A stretch of DNA of 64,000 bases from positions 160,001 to 224,000 of the forward strand of contig JBOEGF010000008.1 of NCBI GenBank assembly GCA_050633305.1, given 5' to 3'. The position numbers were made by a program, and so were the translations under genes. The notes under the pieces were generated by a model. The model had not been told where the DNA came from and ran no database searches. It saw nothing but the letters and a program-made list of their open reading frames with translations. The DNA comes from Nannocystales bacterium. Its GTDB lineage: Bacteria; Myxococcota_A; Polyangia; Nannocystales; Nannocystaceae. Shown here piece after piece: positions 11,447 to 20,583 of this stretch; the stretch's first letter is position 1; every line of letters begins with the position of its first letter.

Positions 11447-13030
11447 TCACGACTCCAGCGTGGCCCGCAAGGCCTTGCGATCGATCTTGCCGTTGCTGTT
11501 GAGCGGGAACACCTCGAGCACTCGTAGCTGCGCGGGGACCATGTACCGCGGGAGGTGTTCCCCCATCGTGCGCAAAACGGCCTTCTCATCGAAGTCCTGC
11601 CCGGTCACGAACCCAACGATGCCCTCGGCCCCGCCGCTCTCGCTTCGTGGCCAATCGAGCGCCACCGCATCGTCCACGTCGGCCACCCGGCGCAGGACAG
11701 CCTCGACCTCGCCGAGTTCGACGCGGTAGCCACGCACCTTGATCTGAGAGTCGAGCCGGCCCAAAAAACGCAACGGTTCACCGTCCTTGCAGGGGCGGCG
11801 AACCAGGTCGCCAGTCCGATAGAAGACCTCGCTCTCCCCCGGCGGCGTCACGAACACAGCCGCAGTTTTCTCCGCGTCGCGCCAGTAGCCCAACGTGACC
11901 TGTGGACCTGCGAGCGCGAGCTCCCCGAGTTCGCCCGGCTCCACTTCGGCCAGCTCTGGCGTGAGCACCTTCGCACGCATCTGCTCGAAGGGGACTCCGA
12001 TCGGGACGACCCCGTTCTCCGCGTGCGCTTCCATGCATGAGCCCATCGGATATGCGGTGCACGCGAGTGTCAGCTCGGTCGGCCCATAGATGTTTTCGGT
12101 GACCGCACTGGGCGCGCAGTCCATCCAGGTTCGTCCGACGCTGACCGTCAGCGCCTCCCCGCAGAACAGGCTCAGACGGACGTCGGGGAAACAATCCGGG
12201 GACAGTGTCCGCGTCTCTTTCATCAGACGCGCGGTCGAGGGGACGGAGAACCACACGGTAATGCCTGCATCCACCACGTACTGGGCGGGCAACAGACGCT
12301 GCCGCATGTCAGGCACGCACAGGCAGCCGCCGACCGTCCACGGAGCGAAGAGGTCGAACAGCGAGAGGTCGAAGGTGACCTCGAACATGTGTGAGAAGCG
12401 GTCGTGCTGTCCCAGACCATAGCGATCCACCGCCCAGTCGAGGAATCGCTCGATGTTGCGGTGGGCGACCATCACCCCCTTGGGCTCCCCCGTGCTGCCC
12501 GAGGTGAACAGGAGGTAGGCGATGTCGTCAGGGCCAACCTCCGGCGCCTGCCAGGCCTTCGCCGCCAGAAGATCAGCGTCAGCGAGGACCGTGTGCCGAG
12601 CGTCGGCTTCGGCCGGATCGTAGGAGAAGCCCAGCGTGACCACGAGCAATGGCTTGGCCACGGCCGCCAACACATCCGCCAAGACACGCCGGCCACCAGG
12701 GTCAACGACCAACACGTCCGACTCGCTGCGGTCGATCATCTTGACGAGGCGCGCAGCCGGGTAGCTCGGCAGCATCGGCACGTACCCGTGCCCGCTACAC
12801 AGCGTCCCTAGGATCCCTACAAACCCCTGGAACGTCCGCTGCCCCAACACACAGCTCAGCGGGACCCCGCCCTCTGGTCTCCGCGCCATCAATGTGGCGG
12901 CGAGAGCCTTGGTCGCCTGCTCGACCTCCGCATAGGTCTGCATCTCTTCGCCGATCGTGATCGCGGGTCGCTGCGGCACACGTCGTGCGCTGTGCAGAAA
13001 TCCTTCGTGAAGGGCGCGAAAAGCACTCAT
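11447..13030 (-). CDS. Stand-alone amino acid adenylation enzyme, DltA-like
   Basis: YLLFTSGSTGEPKG, FDLS, LFCGE, YGPTE, YRTGD, QIKVRGYRVELGE, NGKIDR. Confidence 0.92.
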   Translation of the reverse strand: MSAFRALHEGFLHSARRVPQRPAITIGEEMQTYAEVEQATKALAATLMARRPEGGVPLSCVLGQRTFQGFVGILGTLCSGHGYVPMLPSYPAARLVKMIDRSESDVLVVDPGGRRVLADVLAAVAKPLLVVTLGFSYDPAEADARHTVLADADLLAAKAWQAPEVGPDDIAYLLFTSGSTGEPKGVMVAHRNIERFLDWAVDRYGLGQHDRFSHMFEVTFDLSLFDLFAPWTVGGCLCVPDMRQRLLPAQYVVDAGITVWFSVPSTARLMKETRTLSPDCFPDVRLSLFCGEALTVSVGRTWMDCAPSAVTENIYGPTELTLACTAYPMGSCMEAHAENGVVPIGVPFEQMRAKVLTPELAEVEPGELGELALAGPQVTLGYWRDAEKTAAVFVTPPGESEVFYRTGDLVRRPCKDGEPLRFLGRLDSQIKVRGYRVELGEVEAVLRRVADVDDAVALDWPRSESGGAEGIVGFVTGQDFDEKAVLRTMGEHLPRYMVPAQLRVLEVFPLNSNGKIDRKALRATLES

Positions 13031-13124
13031 GGTCCGGAGGCATTGTCATGGCAAGCGCGCCCGATGTCATGCCCAACCCGGATCTTCGGGGATCGAACGA
13101 GGCCGTCGTGTCACTTCGCTGAAG

Positions 13125-13649
13125 ATGGCCCGGTACACCCACGTCCTCGTCGTTCTCGTCCTGTCCCTCCCCGGGTGTTTTTCCGCCGACGACCCCCCGG
13201 CTGGGGTGGCGGCGGGCGAGTGTGTGCCCGACGGCGACCTGTGCTCGGTCAACGGAGATTGCTGCCTCTTCGATGGCTCTAGTCATCGTGGAGCGGCGCT
13301 GTGCGTGAGCTTCGAGGACGTCGCAGAGTGCAGTGGAACCTGATACGCCGACGGCGATTGCGACGCCGAGTGCTGTGGCTCCCTGCTCGACACCAGCAGC
13401 TACGGCGTGTGCGGCCCCTGCAGCGCCAACCCCTTCCCGCCAGCCGAGCCGCAGTCGGGCACTTGCCTCCAGGGGGTTGAGGTTTTTTGCACATGCGGCG
13501 ACGCCCTCGGGGTCCCGTGCGGAAGCGACCGTGCGCTGTTCGAGAAGAATTGCGCGTCGGGGAGTTCGTCCGCGGACACCTTCGCCTGCTGGGCTGAATT
13601 CGCGACAGGCGCCTGCGGAGATGCGCTCGATGCCTGCTCGCTCGACTGA
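13125..13649 (+). CDS. Cys-rich lipoprotein interrupted by in-frame TGA at 13341 (Sec readthrough, nonsense allele or base error)
   Basis: Lipobox LPGC. ORFs 13029..13343 and 13407..13649 share a frame and are joined by 21 sense codons. The TGA falls in CSGT-*-YADGDCDAECC. Confidence 0.7.
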
Positions 13650-13664
13650 CCGTATACTCCACGC

Positions 13665-14021
13665 ATGCGCCGCTCGAGTCTCATCGCACTGCTCGCCGCC
13701 TTGATGCTGCCTGGTTGTTTTATCGTCACCGACGACCCAGACGACGATGACAACGCCGGCGAGACCGGCAACGCGATGGAGGAGGTTCAAGTCTGTGCGG
13801 ACCCGGGCACCAACTCCGTGGAGAATGCGAACGGGGAGTGCGTCTGCCAAGAAGGGCTTGTGTGGTGCTCCGAGGACCCGGACGATGTCACGTGTTGTGC
13901 GGGAGCCTGCGGCGACCCGGGCACCAACAGCCAACTCGCCGAGGGTGACGAGTGCGAGTGCATGGCCGGCTTCGAGTGGTGTACCGACAACCCGATGGAC
14001 GTCAGCTGCTGCGCGAGCTGA
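13665..14021 (+). CDS. Small Cys-rich lipoprotein with two tandem EGF-like modules
   Basis: Lipobox LPGC. Duplicated CxDPGTNS..ECxCxxGxxWC..D...CC unit. Confidence 0.8.
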   Translation: MRRSSLIALLAALMLPGCFIVTDDPDDDDNAGETGNAMEEVQVCADPGTNSVENANGECVCQEGLVWCSEDPDDVTCCAGACGDPGTNSQLAEGDECECMAGFEWCTDNPMDVSCCAS

Positions 14022-14039
14022 CGCGTTCTCGTCGAAGTC

Positions 14040-15758
14040 CTACAGCCCCGGGAGCCCAGCGGGTTCGCCCTGCTTCGAGGGCGGCGCTTCGATCGGCACC
14101 ACCTTGGGCGTCGGCGGGGCCGGAGGCTCCGATGGGGTCTCCTCCTCCCCCCCGCCCGCGGGGGTCGGTGCGGGGGCAACGACAGCCTCGGTGTCGGCCG
14201 TTTTCTTCTCCGGTGCAGCCGCCGGGATGCCGTCTTTGTCGGCCCGGACGCGGTAGCCGACGTACGCACGCAGCAGCGCTCGGTAGAACAACTCGCCGAT
14301 GACCTGGTGGCCATTGGCGGTGGCGTGGCCCAAGTCCCCGCTCATCAACCGGGGGCTTCGCTTGTACCAACGACCCGCCGACCCATCGCCGCCCATCGCC
14401 TCGAAGGTGTCAAAGAAGGCACACCCGCTGTCCTGCGCAGCTTGCCGCTGCGCCTTGACCATCCGCGGAACAACCGCGCGCGAGACGACCTGCGCCCCCT
14501 GACGTTCCCCGTGATCGAGCGGCGCCATGACGATGCATGCCGCATCCGGCTTGGCCTTCTTCACCTTCGCGATCACGGCCCGGTACTCATCGGCGTACGT
14601 CGACATCTTCATCTTGCGAATCATGTCGTTGCCGCCAAACGTAAACACGACGAGGTCCGTGCCCCGATGTTGAAGCTGCGCGGCGAGGTGTGCGTCGTCG
14701 AACTCCATCATCCGGGTTGTGAACGCACCCACCAGCGCTGCCGAGTCCCAAACGACCCCGGGCCCGGGACGCTCCATGGTCACGCCGTACAGCCGAACCT
14801 GGCCCTCCCCCACCGACCTCACGGTGAGTTCGTGTGGGCCGTCGGGAACATCAACCGCATAGAAACGGTCCTCGAGGGTGTCGGCCGCGGTTTCAAGAAT
14901 GACCTTCTCTCCCCCGTCCACCTGGACCCGCAGGTGTCCGCCCTCTGGCTGTGCGGCGTAGTAGAGCTCGAAGCGGGACACGGCGCCCGAGCTGCGTTCT
15001 GCGTGGGGCGCAAAGTCGCTCTGGCCGCCGCCCCATGAGCTGAATGTGGTGCCGCCGAGCCCGTAGTGCCCATCGCTGCGGCACTTGTGGATGATGAAGC
15101 ACTTCTTCCACGAGTCGTTGTGGGAGAACTTTACCTCGCGATGCCGGTACGAAGTGTTCGGAGGCGCCATCAAGTGGAAGCCGTGCCCACCGTCGCCAAA
15201 GCGGTTCTGCACCCGTCTGCGAATCGCTCCGGGGATGCCGTCAACGCCAATCGACGAGTCGCCCCAGTGCATGACCCGGACCACCGTCCCCTCGATTCCG
15301 GCGTCGGCTCGCGCAAGGTTTTCGAAGAACCCGTCGAGTTCGTCCCCAGCGAACAACTCCAACGGTTTGACCGCCTTCTTGTCGTCTCCCGGACGGGCTT
15401 CGTACGGCGCCAACGTGGGCGCCTCCTCGACCTTCACGACCTCGCGCGGCGGCGAGACCAGCGGCTCGGGGTCCTTGCTGGCGAGCACCTCTTGGGCGAC
15501 CTCCTCAACCTCCTCAGCGCGCTCGGCCTCCGCCTCGATCTCATCCGCATCGAACGGCCGCCCCACGAGGTTCCAAAACGGCAGCGGCTCCCCCGACTTC
15601 CAAGGCCGCGCAAACTCCAGGTCCGGCACCACATAGGTCGCGACCAGACAGGCCGCGACGGCAGCCATCGCAGGCATGACCTGCCGCAGCATCGACATCT
15701 GCAACGCCTCAGCCTCGCCGAGTTCTTCTTCCTTCTTGAGGACGCGTGGGTTGACCAT
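14040..15758 (-). CDS. SGNH/GDSL membrane-anchored protein, PatB/AlgJ-like
   Basis: N-terminal TM segment, HWGDSS, GGND, GDLGHAT. Starts 19 nt after the MBOAT stop. Confidence 0.88.
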   Translation of the reverse strand: MVNPRVLKKEEELGEAEALQMSMLRQVMPAMAAVAACLVATYVVPDLEFARPWKSGEPLPFWNLVGRPFDADEIEAEAERAEEVEEVAQEVLASKDPEPLVSPPREVVKVEEAPTLAPYEARPGDDKKAVKPLELFAGDELDGFFENLARADAGIEGTVVRVMHWGDSSIGVDGIPGAIRRRVQNRFGDGGHGFHLMAPPNTSYRHREVKFSHNDSWKKCFIIHKCRSDGHYGLGGTTFSSWGGGQSDFAPHAERSSGAVSRFELYYAAQPEGGHLRVQVDGGEKVILETAADTLEDRFYAVDVPDGPHELTVRSVGEGQVRLYGVTMERPGPGVVWDSAALVGAFTTRMMEFDDAHLAAQLQHRGTDLVVFTFGGNDMIRKMKMSTYADEYRAVIAKVKKAKPDAACIVMAPLDHGERQGAQVVSRAVVPRMVKAQRQAAQDSGCAFFDTFEAMGGDGSAGRWYKRSPRLMSGDLGHATANGHQVIGELFYRALLRAYVGYRVRADKDGIPAAAPEKKTADTEAVVAPAPTPAGGGEEETPSEPPAPPTPKVVPIEAPPSKQGEPAGLPGL

Positions 15759-15777
15759 GGGAACTCGCGGAGAAGAA

Positions 15778-17421
15778 CTAGAACTGGAAGTAGATGAACG
15801 CGCGGGGCGAGCCGTCCATCAAACGCATGAGTCCGTAGAACAGGCCTGAAGCCGCGAGGCCGACCAGCACCCCGGGGGTCTTGCGGAACAGACCTCGGAG
15901 GTGAACGTCGACCCAACGGACCGGGGTGAAGTGATACGCGAGCCCGAGGACGAGCGCGACCCATACCCCGGTGCTGCCCAAGCCGGGGCGGACGCCCCAG
16001 GTATCGAATGTGAGCAGCGCGCCGATGAAGCGCCGCGCCGTCTCAAAGTCCGGAGCGCGGAAGAAGATCCGCGAGAGCACGACCAGGTGGAACGTGAGCA
16101 GCACGTGCACCGCCACCAAGGTCTTTCCCTTGGGCATCGGCAGCCACGCGATCACCAAGAACAGCACGCCAACGCCGCCTCCGAGAATCGAGCCTTGCTG
16201 CCAGTCGAGCTCGAGTACGTAGCGGCCAAAAGCAGCGACCGCAACACTGAGGGCCACGGTGGCGACCGGCCACCCCACGATGCCCAGCACGGTCAGCTTC
16301 CGATCGCGCATTCGGTTCCAACGGTTGAAAACCACCGCGCCGGCGTGGATGTTGGCGTAGATGACGAAGTTCCAGCTCGCCCCGTGCCACATGCCCACCA
16401 GGAACATCGTGATCCACAGCGCGTAGTAACCCCCCTTGGAGCCCAGCCGCGAGAGGATCTGGAAGAAGAGGTAGTCGCGGAGCCACGCCGACAGCGTCAT
16501 GTGCCAGCGCCGCCAGTACTCGGCAATGTCCTTGGACTGGTACGGCCGGTTGAAGTTCTCGGGCAGCGTGAAGCCCAGCATCTTGCCCAGGCCGATGGCG
16601 ATGTCCGAGTAGCCCGAGAAGTCCGCGTAGATCTGTAGCGTGTAGGCGTACAGTGCGATCAGCAGCTCGGGCGAGGTGAAGGTGTCCGGAGCATCGAAGA
16701 TACGGTCCGTGAGCGCGACGGCGATGAAGTCACCGAGCACGACCTTCTTGGCCAGACCTTTGAGAACCCGGAAGGCGCCGTCCTCGAGCCCGTCACGCGT
16801 GAAGCGAGGGCCCCGTTGCAGTTGCGGCAGGAACTCTTTCGCGCGGACGATCGGACCGGCGACGAGCTGAGGAAAGAACGCGACGAACAGCGCGAAGCGG
16901 GTGAACGAGGTCTCGGGGACCAGCCGGCCTCGCCAAACATCGATCGTGTAGCTGAGACTCTGGAACGTGTAGAAGCTGATGCCCAACGGCAAGATGACGT
17001 CGAGATGAATGACCTCGATGTCGACGCCGAACAGACCGAACACATCGGCGAAACCGGACAGGAAGAAGTTCGCGTACTTGAAGTAGGCGAGCAGGCCCAG
17101 GTTTCCGGCCAGACTCAGGTACAGCCAAACGTTTCGCTTCCGGCTCGCCGCCGCCTTGATCGCGGCGTCCTTGGACTTGAAGCCCTCGTGGTGCCGGTAG
17201 ATGGCCGACCCGCAGACGTAGTCGAGACAGGTCGAGAAGACGAGCAGGCCCGCGAAGTACGCAGGGGCCGGAGGCGGCGTGGTTTTCGGCCCAGCTGCGT
17301 AGAAGAAATAGCTCGCGACGAGGAGGAAAACGACGCGGGCCGTGGGCCGGTTCGACAACGCCCAGAACCCCGCCAAGACGGGCAGAGCGAAGAGCAGGAA
17401 GTCGAACGTGGGAAAAAGCAT
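15778..17421 (-). CDS. MBOAT family O-acyltransferase (AlgI/PatA/DltB-like)
   Basis: LPLGISFYTFQ, DFSGYSDIAIG, WRRWHMTLS, catalytic GMWHGA, C-terminal FIYFQF. Confidence 0.95.
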   Translation of the reverse strand: MLFPTFDFLLFALPVLAGFWALSNRPTARVVFLLVASYFFYAAGPKTTPPPAPAYFAGLLVFSTCLDYVCGSAIYRHHEGFKSKDAAIKAAASRKRNVWLYLSLAGNLGLLAYFKYANFFLSGFADVFGLFGVDIEVIHLDVILPLGISFYTFQSLSYTIDVWRGRLVPETSFTRFALFVAFFPQLVAGPIVRAKEFLPQLQRGPRFTRDGLEDGAFRVLKGLAKKVVLGDFIAVALTDRIFDAPDTFTSPELLIALYAYTLQIYADFSGYSDIAIGLGKMLGFTLPENFNRPYQSKDIAEYWRRWHMTLSAWLRDYLFFQILSRLGSKGGYYALWITMFLVGMWHGASWNFVIYANIHAGAVVFNRWNRMRDRKLTVLGIVGWPVATVALSVAVAAFGRYVLELDWQQGSILGGGVGVLFLVIAWLPMPKGKTLVAVHVLLTFHLVVLSRIFFRAPDFETARRFIGALLTFDTWGVRPGLGSTGVWVALVLGLAYHFTPVRWVDVHLRGLFRKTPGVLVGLAASGLFYGLMRLMDGSPRAFIYFQF

Positions 17422-17635
17422 GCCGGGCCTGGATCCGCCCGAACATAGGCAACGCGATCCAACGGGTCAAACCCGCCGTGAGAACCCGAGATCGACGAAT
17501 TCGCCCCCAGGGTGTCCCTCCGGCATGTTGGAGCCTGGACCAACCCATCTATGGGTGGCACCGATAGAGGAGATCACGCGGTGAAACCTGCACTGCGGCT
17601 CCTGGAACTAATTCCCGTCTCCCCCGAGTCATGCC

Positions 17636-20476
17636 ATGCCGATGTTGCGCGCTTCCCTCCCCGCCCTTCTCGCCGCCTCCCTCCTCGCCACCAGCTGCGG
17701 CGGAAAAATCGGGGACTCCACGGAGAACGCCGAGCTACCGACTCCGGACCGAGAGCTGCACCTCGACTCGCAAGCGGGCCTCATCGAGTTCGACAACGGC
17801 CTGCGCCTGTTCGTGGTCCCCGACCCCTACACACGCCTGGTCGAGTTCGATGTCCGGCACCACGTCGGCAGTCGCGATGACCCCGCGGGCAAGGCCGGCA
17901 TCGCCCACTTTGTCGAGCACCTGATGTTTCAGATCGGCTCCGAGGGGCCCGGGACCACCCGGCTGATGCAGGCCTTGCCGCAGCACACCTTGTTCTTCAA
18001 CGCCTTCACCTCCAGCGACGAGACCCACTACATGCACATGGGGCTCTCGGGTGAACTGGAGAACTACTTCAAGTACACCTCGCGGCGCCTGCAGTACGAC
18101 TGCGAAGAGGTCCCCGAAGCCGCGTTTGAGCGCGAGCGCGACGTGGTCCGCAACGAGCACCGCTGGCGATTCGGCGGGGCGTTCGGCTTCATCTACAACA
18201 AGGTCTTCGAGATCGCCTTTCCCGAGGGGCACCCGTATCACAGCAGCGGCGCCAGCGATGACCACCAGCTGGCATCGATCACCCCGCAGAACACCTGCGA
18301 CTTCATCCAGCGCTACTACACCGCTGGGCAGTCCGATGTCGTGATCACCGGAGACGTCGACCGTGCCGAGGTCCTCAAGCTCGCGAAGAAGTATCTGGAG
18401 CCGCTTCCCAAGCGCCCGGACGCCAAGCGGGCGCCCGTTCCTCCGCCGGCGGTCGAAGGCAAGACGGTCGAGATCGAAGCGCCGGTCAAGAAGCCAACCG
18501 CGCTGGTCTTGTTCCACATGCCCAAGCGCTTCACGCCCAACTACCTCCCGGCCCAGGCCTGCATCGAGACAATGGCAATCGCGCTGTCGTTCTTCGTCGA
18601 TCGTGGTCCGCTGGGCGTGGTCGACTCGTGGGGGTTCATGCCCGTCGGCGGCAAAGAAGCCCGGCTCTTCGGCGTGATGGTCGAGACCAAGGAGCCCGAG
18701 CAGCTCGACCGCGGCATCGACGAGGTCCTCGACGCGATCACCAAGGGCTTCTCGCCCAAGCTCGACAACAAGGACTACGCGGGAGCCTACGACTCGGCCC
18801 GGCAGCGGGCGCGGCTACAGGTCCTGGACTCCGTCGCCACCATCACGCAAAGCGGCGTGGCCTTTGCCGACTACCTGGAGGAGCCCGGCGACCGTCCAGG
18901 CTTCTATGGGGCAGACATCGCCGAGCTCAACGACCTGACCTCAGAAGATGCGCAAGCCATCGGCCGGAAGATCTTCGCGCGCAACAAAGCTCTGGTCGTC
19001 AAGGTCGTCCCCGACGGCAACGAGCCGGAGATCGAACGCGCCCAATTCGACTACAGCCCCGATGAGGAGGAGAGCCTCGGCGTTCCCGAGGACATCGATC
19101 CCGCCGAGGCACGCAGGCCCATCCCTCTCGAGGACATCGCCCCGCCCGAGGGCCAATCCCTGGAATACGAGCTCGACAACGGCATGAAGGTCGTCCTCGT
19201 GCAGAGCAGCGGTCTGCCTGTCATGGATGTACAGCTGGTCGTCGCCGCGGGAACAACCGACGCACCCAAGCAACCCGACCTCGCCCAGCTCGCCCGCAGG
19301 ATGTACGGGCCCGACTACACCCTCACCAGCAGTCGGAACCTGATGGACTTTTTCGACAAGGCCGGCGGCATCTTCGGGAGCAACACCAACGCTGGAGCCA
19401 CGACCTACAGATCCCGCGGGCTGTCGATCTACCTGGACTTCATCATCGCAGGCCTCGCGGAGCAGACCGTCAACGCGTCGTACCAGACACGTGCGCTCGA
19501 GGGCTGGAAAGCCTTCAATAAGGAGCAGCTCAAGAAACAACGCTGGCAGCAGGTCGCCAAACGCAACAACGCCTTCTACGAGGCCGTCTACGGAAAAGGC
19601 CACCCACACGTCCGCCCTCGAATCACCGACCCCAAGCAGCTTCGCGACATCAGCGTGCGCAGCCTGGAGGACTTCCGCGGCAAGCACTACCGGGCAGGCA
19701 ACAGCGCCCTGATCATCACCGGTGGGTTCGACATGGAGATGGCCATCGCATACGTGGACCGGTTCTTCGGCACGCCCGAGTTCCGCGAACGCGGCAACAC
19801 CTGGCTGGACCCATACACAGAACCCTCCGCCCCGCCCGTACCGGAGCCAACCCCCGGCGCGACCCGGGTGATGACCGAGGTCGACAAAGAGCGTGTGCAA
19901 ACCGAGGTGGAGATCGACTTCGGTCTCGCCGAGATCTACGGCGAAGACCACGCGTCGCTGATGGTGATGGCGGAGATGCTGAACTTCGGCGTGGGCCGCG
20001 TTCGTATGGAGTTGGGCGCGAGCTACGGGACCTACGCGCGGCTCGACACCGACCGGCCACGCATCCGTATCGGCGGCGCGATCGACAGCGCCCGCGCCGA
20101 CGAGGGGCTCGTCGCAATCCTCGCGGCGGTCGAGGAGTTGCGGACCCACGAGGACTTCGAGCGCCGCTTCGCCTTCGCGCGTCGCAGCGTCCTGCAGCGT
20201 ATGATCAATGCACAAGGCGACCCCAAAGAGTTCGCCAACACACTTGCCCGGGCCGTGCGAAGTGGCCGGAGCTACGCCTACTTTCGCGAGCTTGCATCGC
20301 AAGTCGCGGCGCTCAAGCCCAGCGCGGTCGAGGCGACGATCACCCGAGTGTTGAAGCCGGAGCACTCCGTGACCCTGGTGCAAGGACCCAAACTCGGCGT
20401 CGATAAGGCGGTCGAGGGCGCCAAACTGGTCGGTGTCGTCGCCCTTCCCGACGTCATCCACGACGAAGACGACTGA
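17636..20476 (+). CDS. M16 family (insulinase-like) zinc protease lipoprotein
   Basis: HFVEH inverted zinc motif, NAFT, two-half architecture (FDNGL/LDNGM), lipobox ATSC. Confidence 0.92.
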   Translation: MPMLRASLPALLAASLLATSCGGKIGDSTENAELPTPDRELHLDSQAGLIEFDNGLRLFVVPDPYTRLVEFDVRHHVGSRDDPAGKAGIAHFVEHLMFQIGSEGPGTTRLMQALPQHTLFFNAFTSSDETHYMHMGLSGELENYFKYTSRRLQYDCEEVPEAAFERERDVVRNEHRWRFGGAFGFIYNKVFEIAFPEGHPYHSSGASDDHQLASITPQNTCDFIQRYYTAGQSDVVITGDVDRAEVLKLAKKYLEPLPKRPDAKRAPVPPPAVEGKTVEIEAPVKKPTALVLFHMPKRFTPNYLPAQACIETMAIALSFFVDRGPLGVVDSWGFMPVGGKEARLFGVMVETKEPEQLDRGIDEVLDAITKGFSPKLDNKDYAGAYDSARQRARLQVLDSVATITQSGVAFADYLEEPGDRPGFYGADIAELNDLTSEDAQAIGRKIFARNKALVVKVVPDGNEPEIERAQFDYSPDEEESLGVPEDIDPAEARRPIPLEDIAPPEGQSLEYELDNGMKVVLVQSSGLPVMDVQLVVAAGTTDAPKQPDLAQLARRMYGPDYTLTSSRNLMDFFDKAGGIFGSNTNAGATTYRSRGLSIYLDFIIAGLAEQTVNASYQTRALEGWKAFNKEQLKKQRWQQVAKRNNAFYEAVYGKGHPHVRPRITDPKQLRDISVRSLEDFRGKHYRAGNSALIITGGFDMEMAIAYVDRFFGTPEFRERGNTWLDPYTEPSAPPVPEPTPGATRVMTEVDKERVQTEVEIDFGLAEIYGEDHASLMVMAEMLNFGVGRVRMELGASYGTYARLDTDRPRIRIGGAIDSARADEGLVAILAAVEELRTHEDFERRFAFARRSVLQRMINAQGDPKEFANTLARAVRSGRSYAYFRELASQVAALKPSAVEATITRVLKPEHSVTLVQGPKLGVDKAVEGAKLVGVVALPDVIHDEDD

Positions 20477-20583
20477 GAGCCCGTTCTCAGTCGTCCCACG
20501 GGCTTGCGATTCCGCACACGCCGTTCGCACACAAGGTGGTCGGAGGTCTGCAACTCCCGCACACGTACGTCGTCTTCGATGCG

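Noticed and set aside
17422..17635. Riboswitch or ncRNA in the MBOAT/M16 divergent spacer
   Set aside because: Only short hairpins. No recognisable riboswitch consensus by eye; an Rfam scan would be needed.
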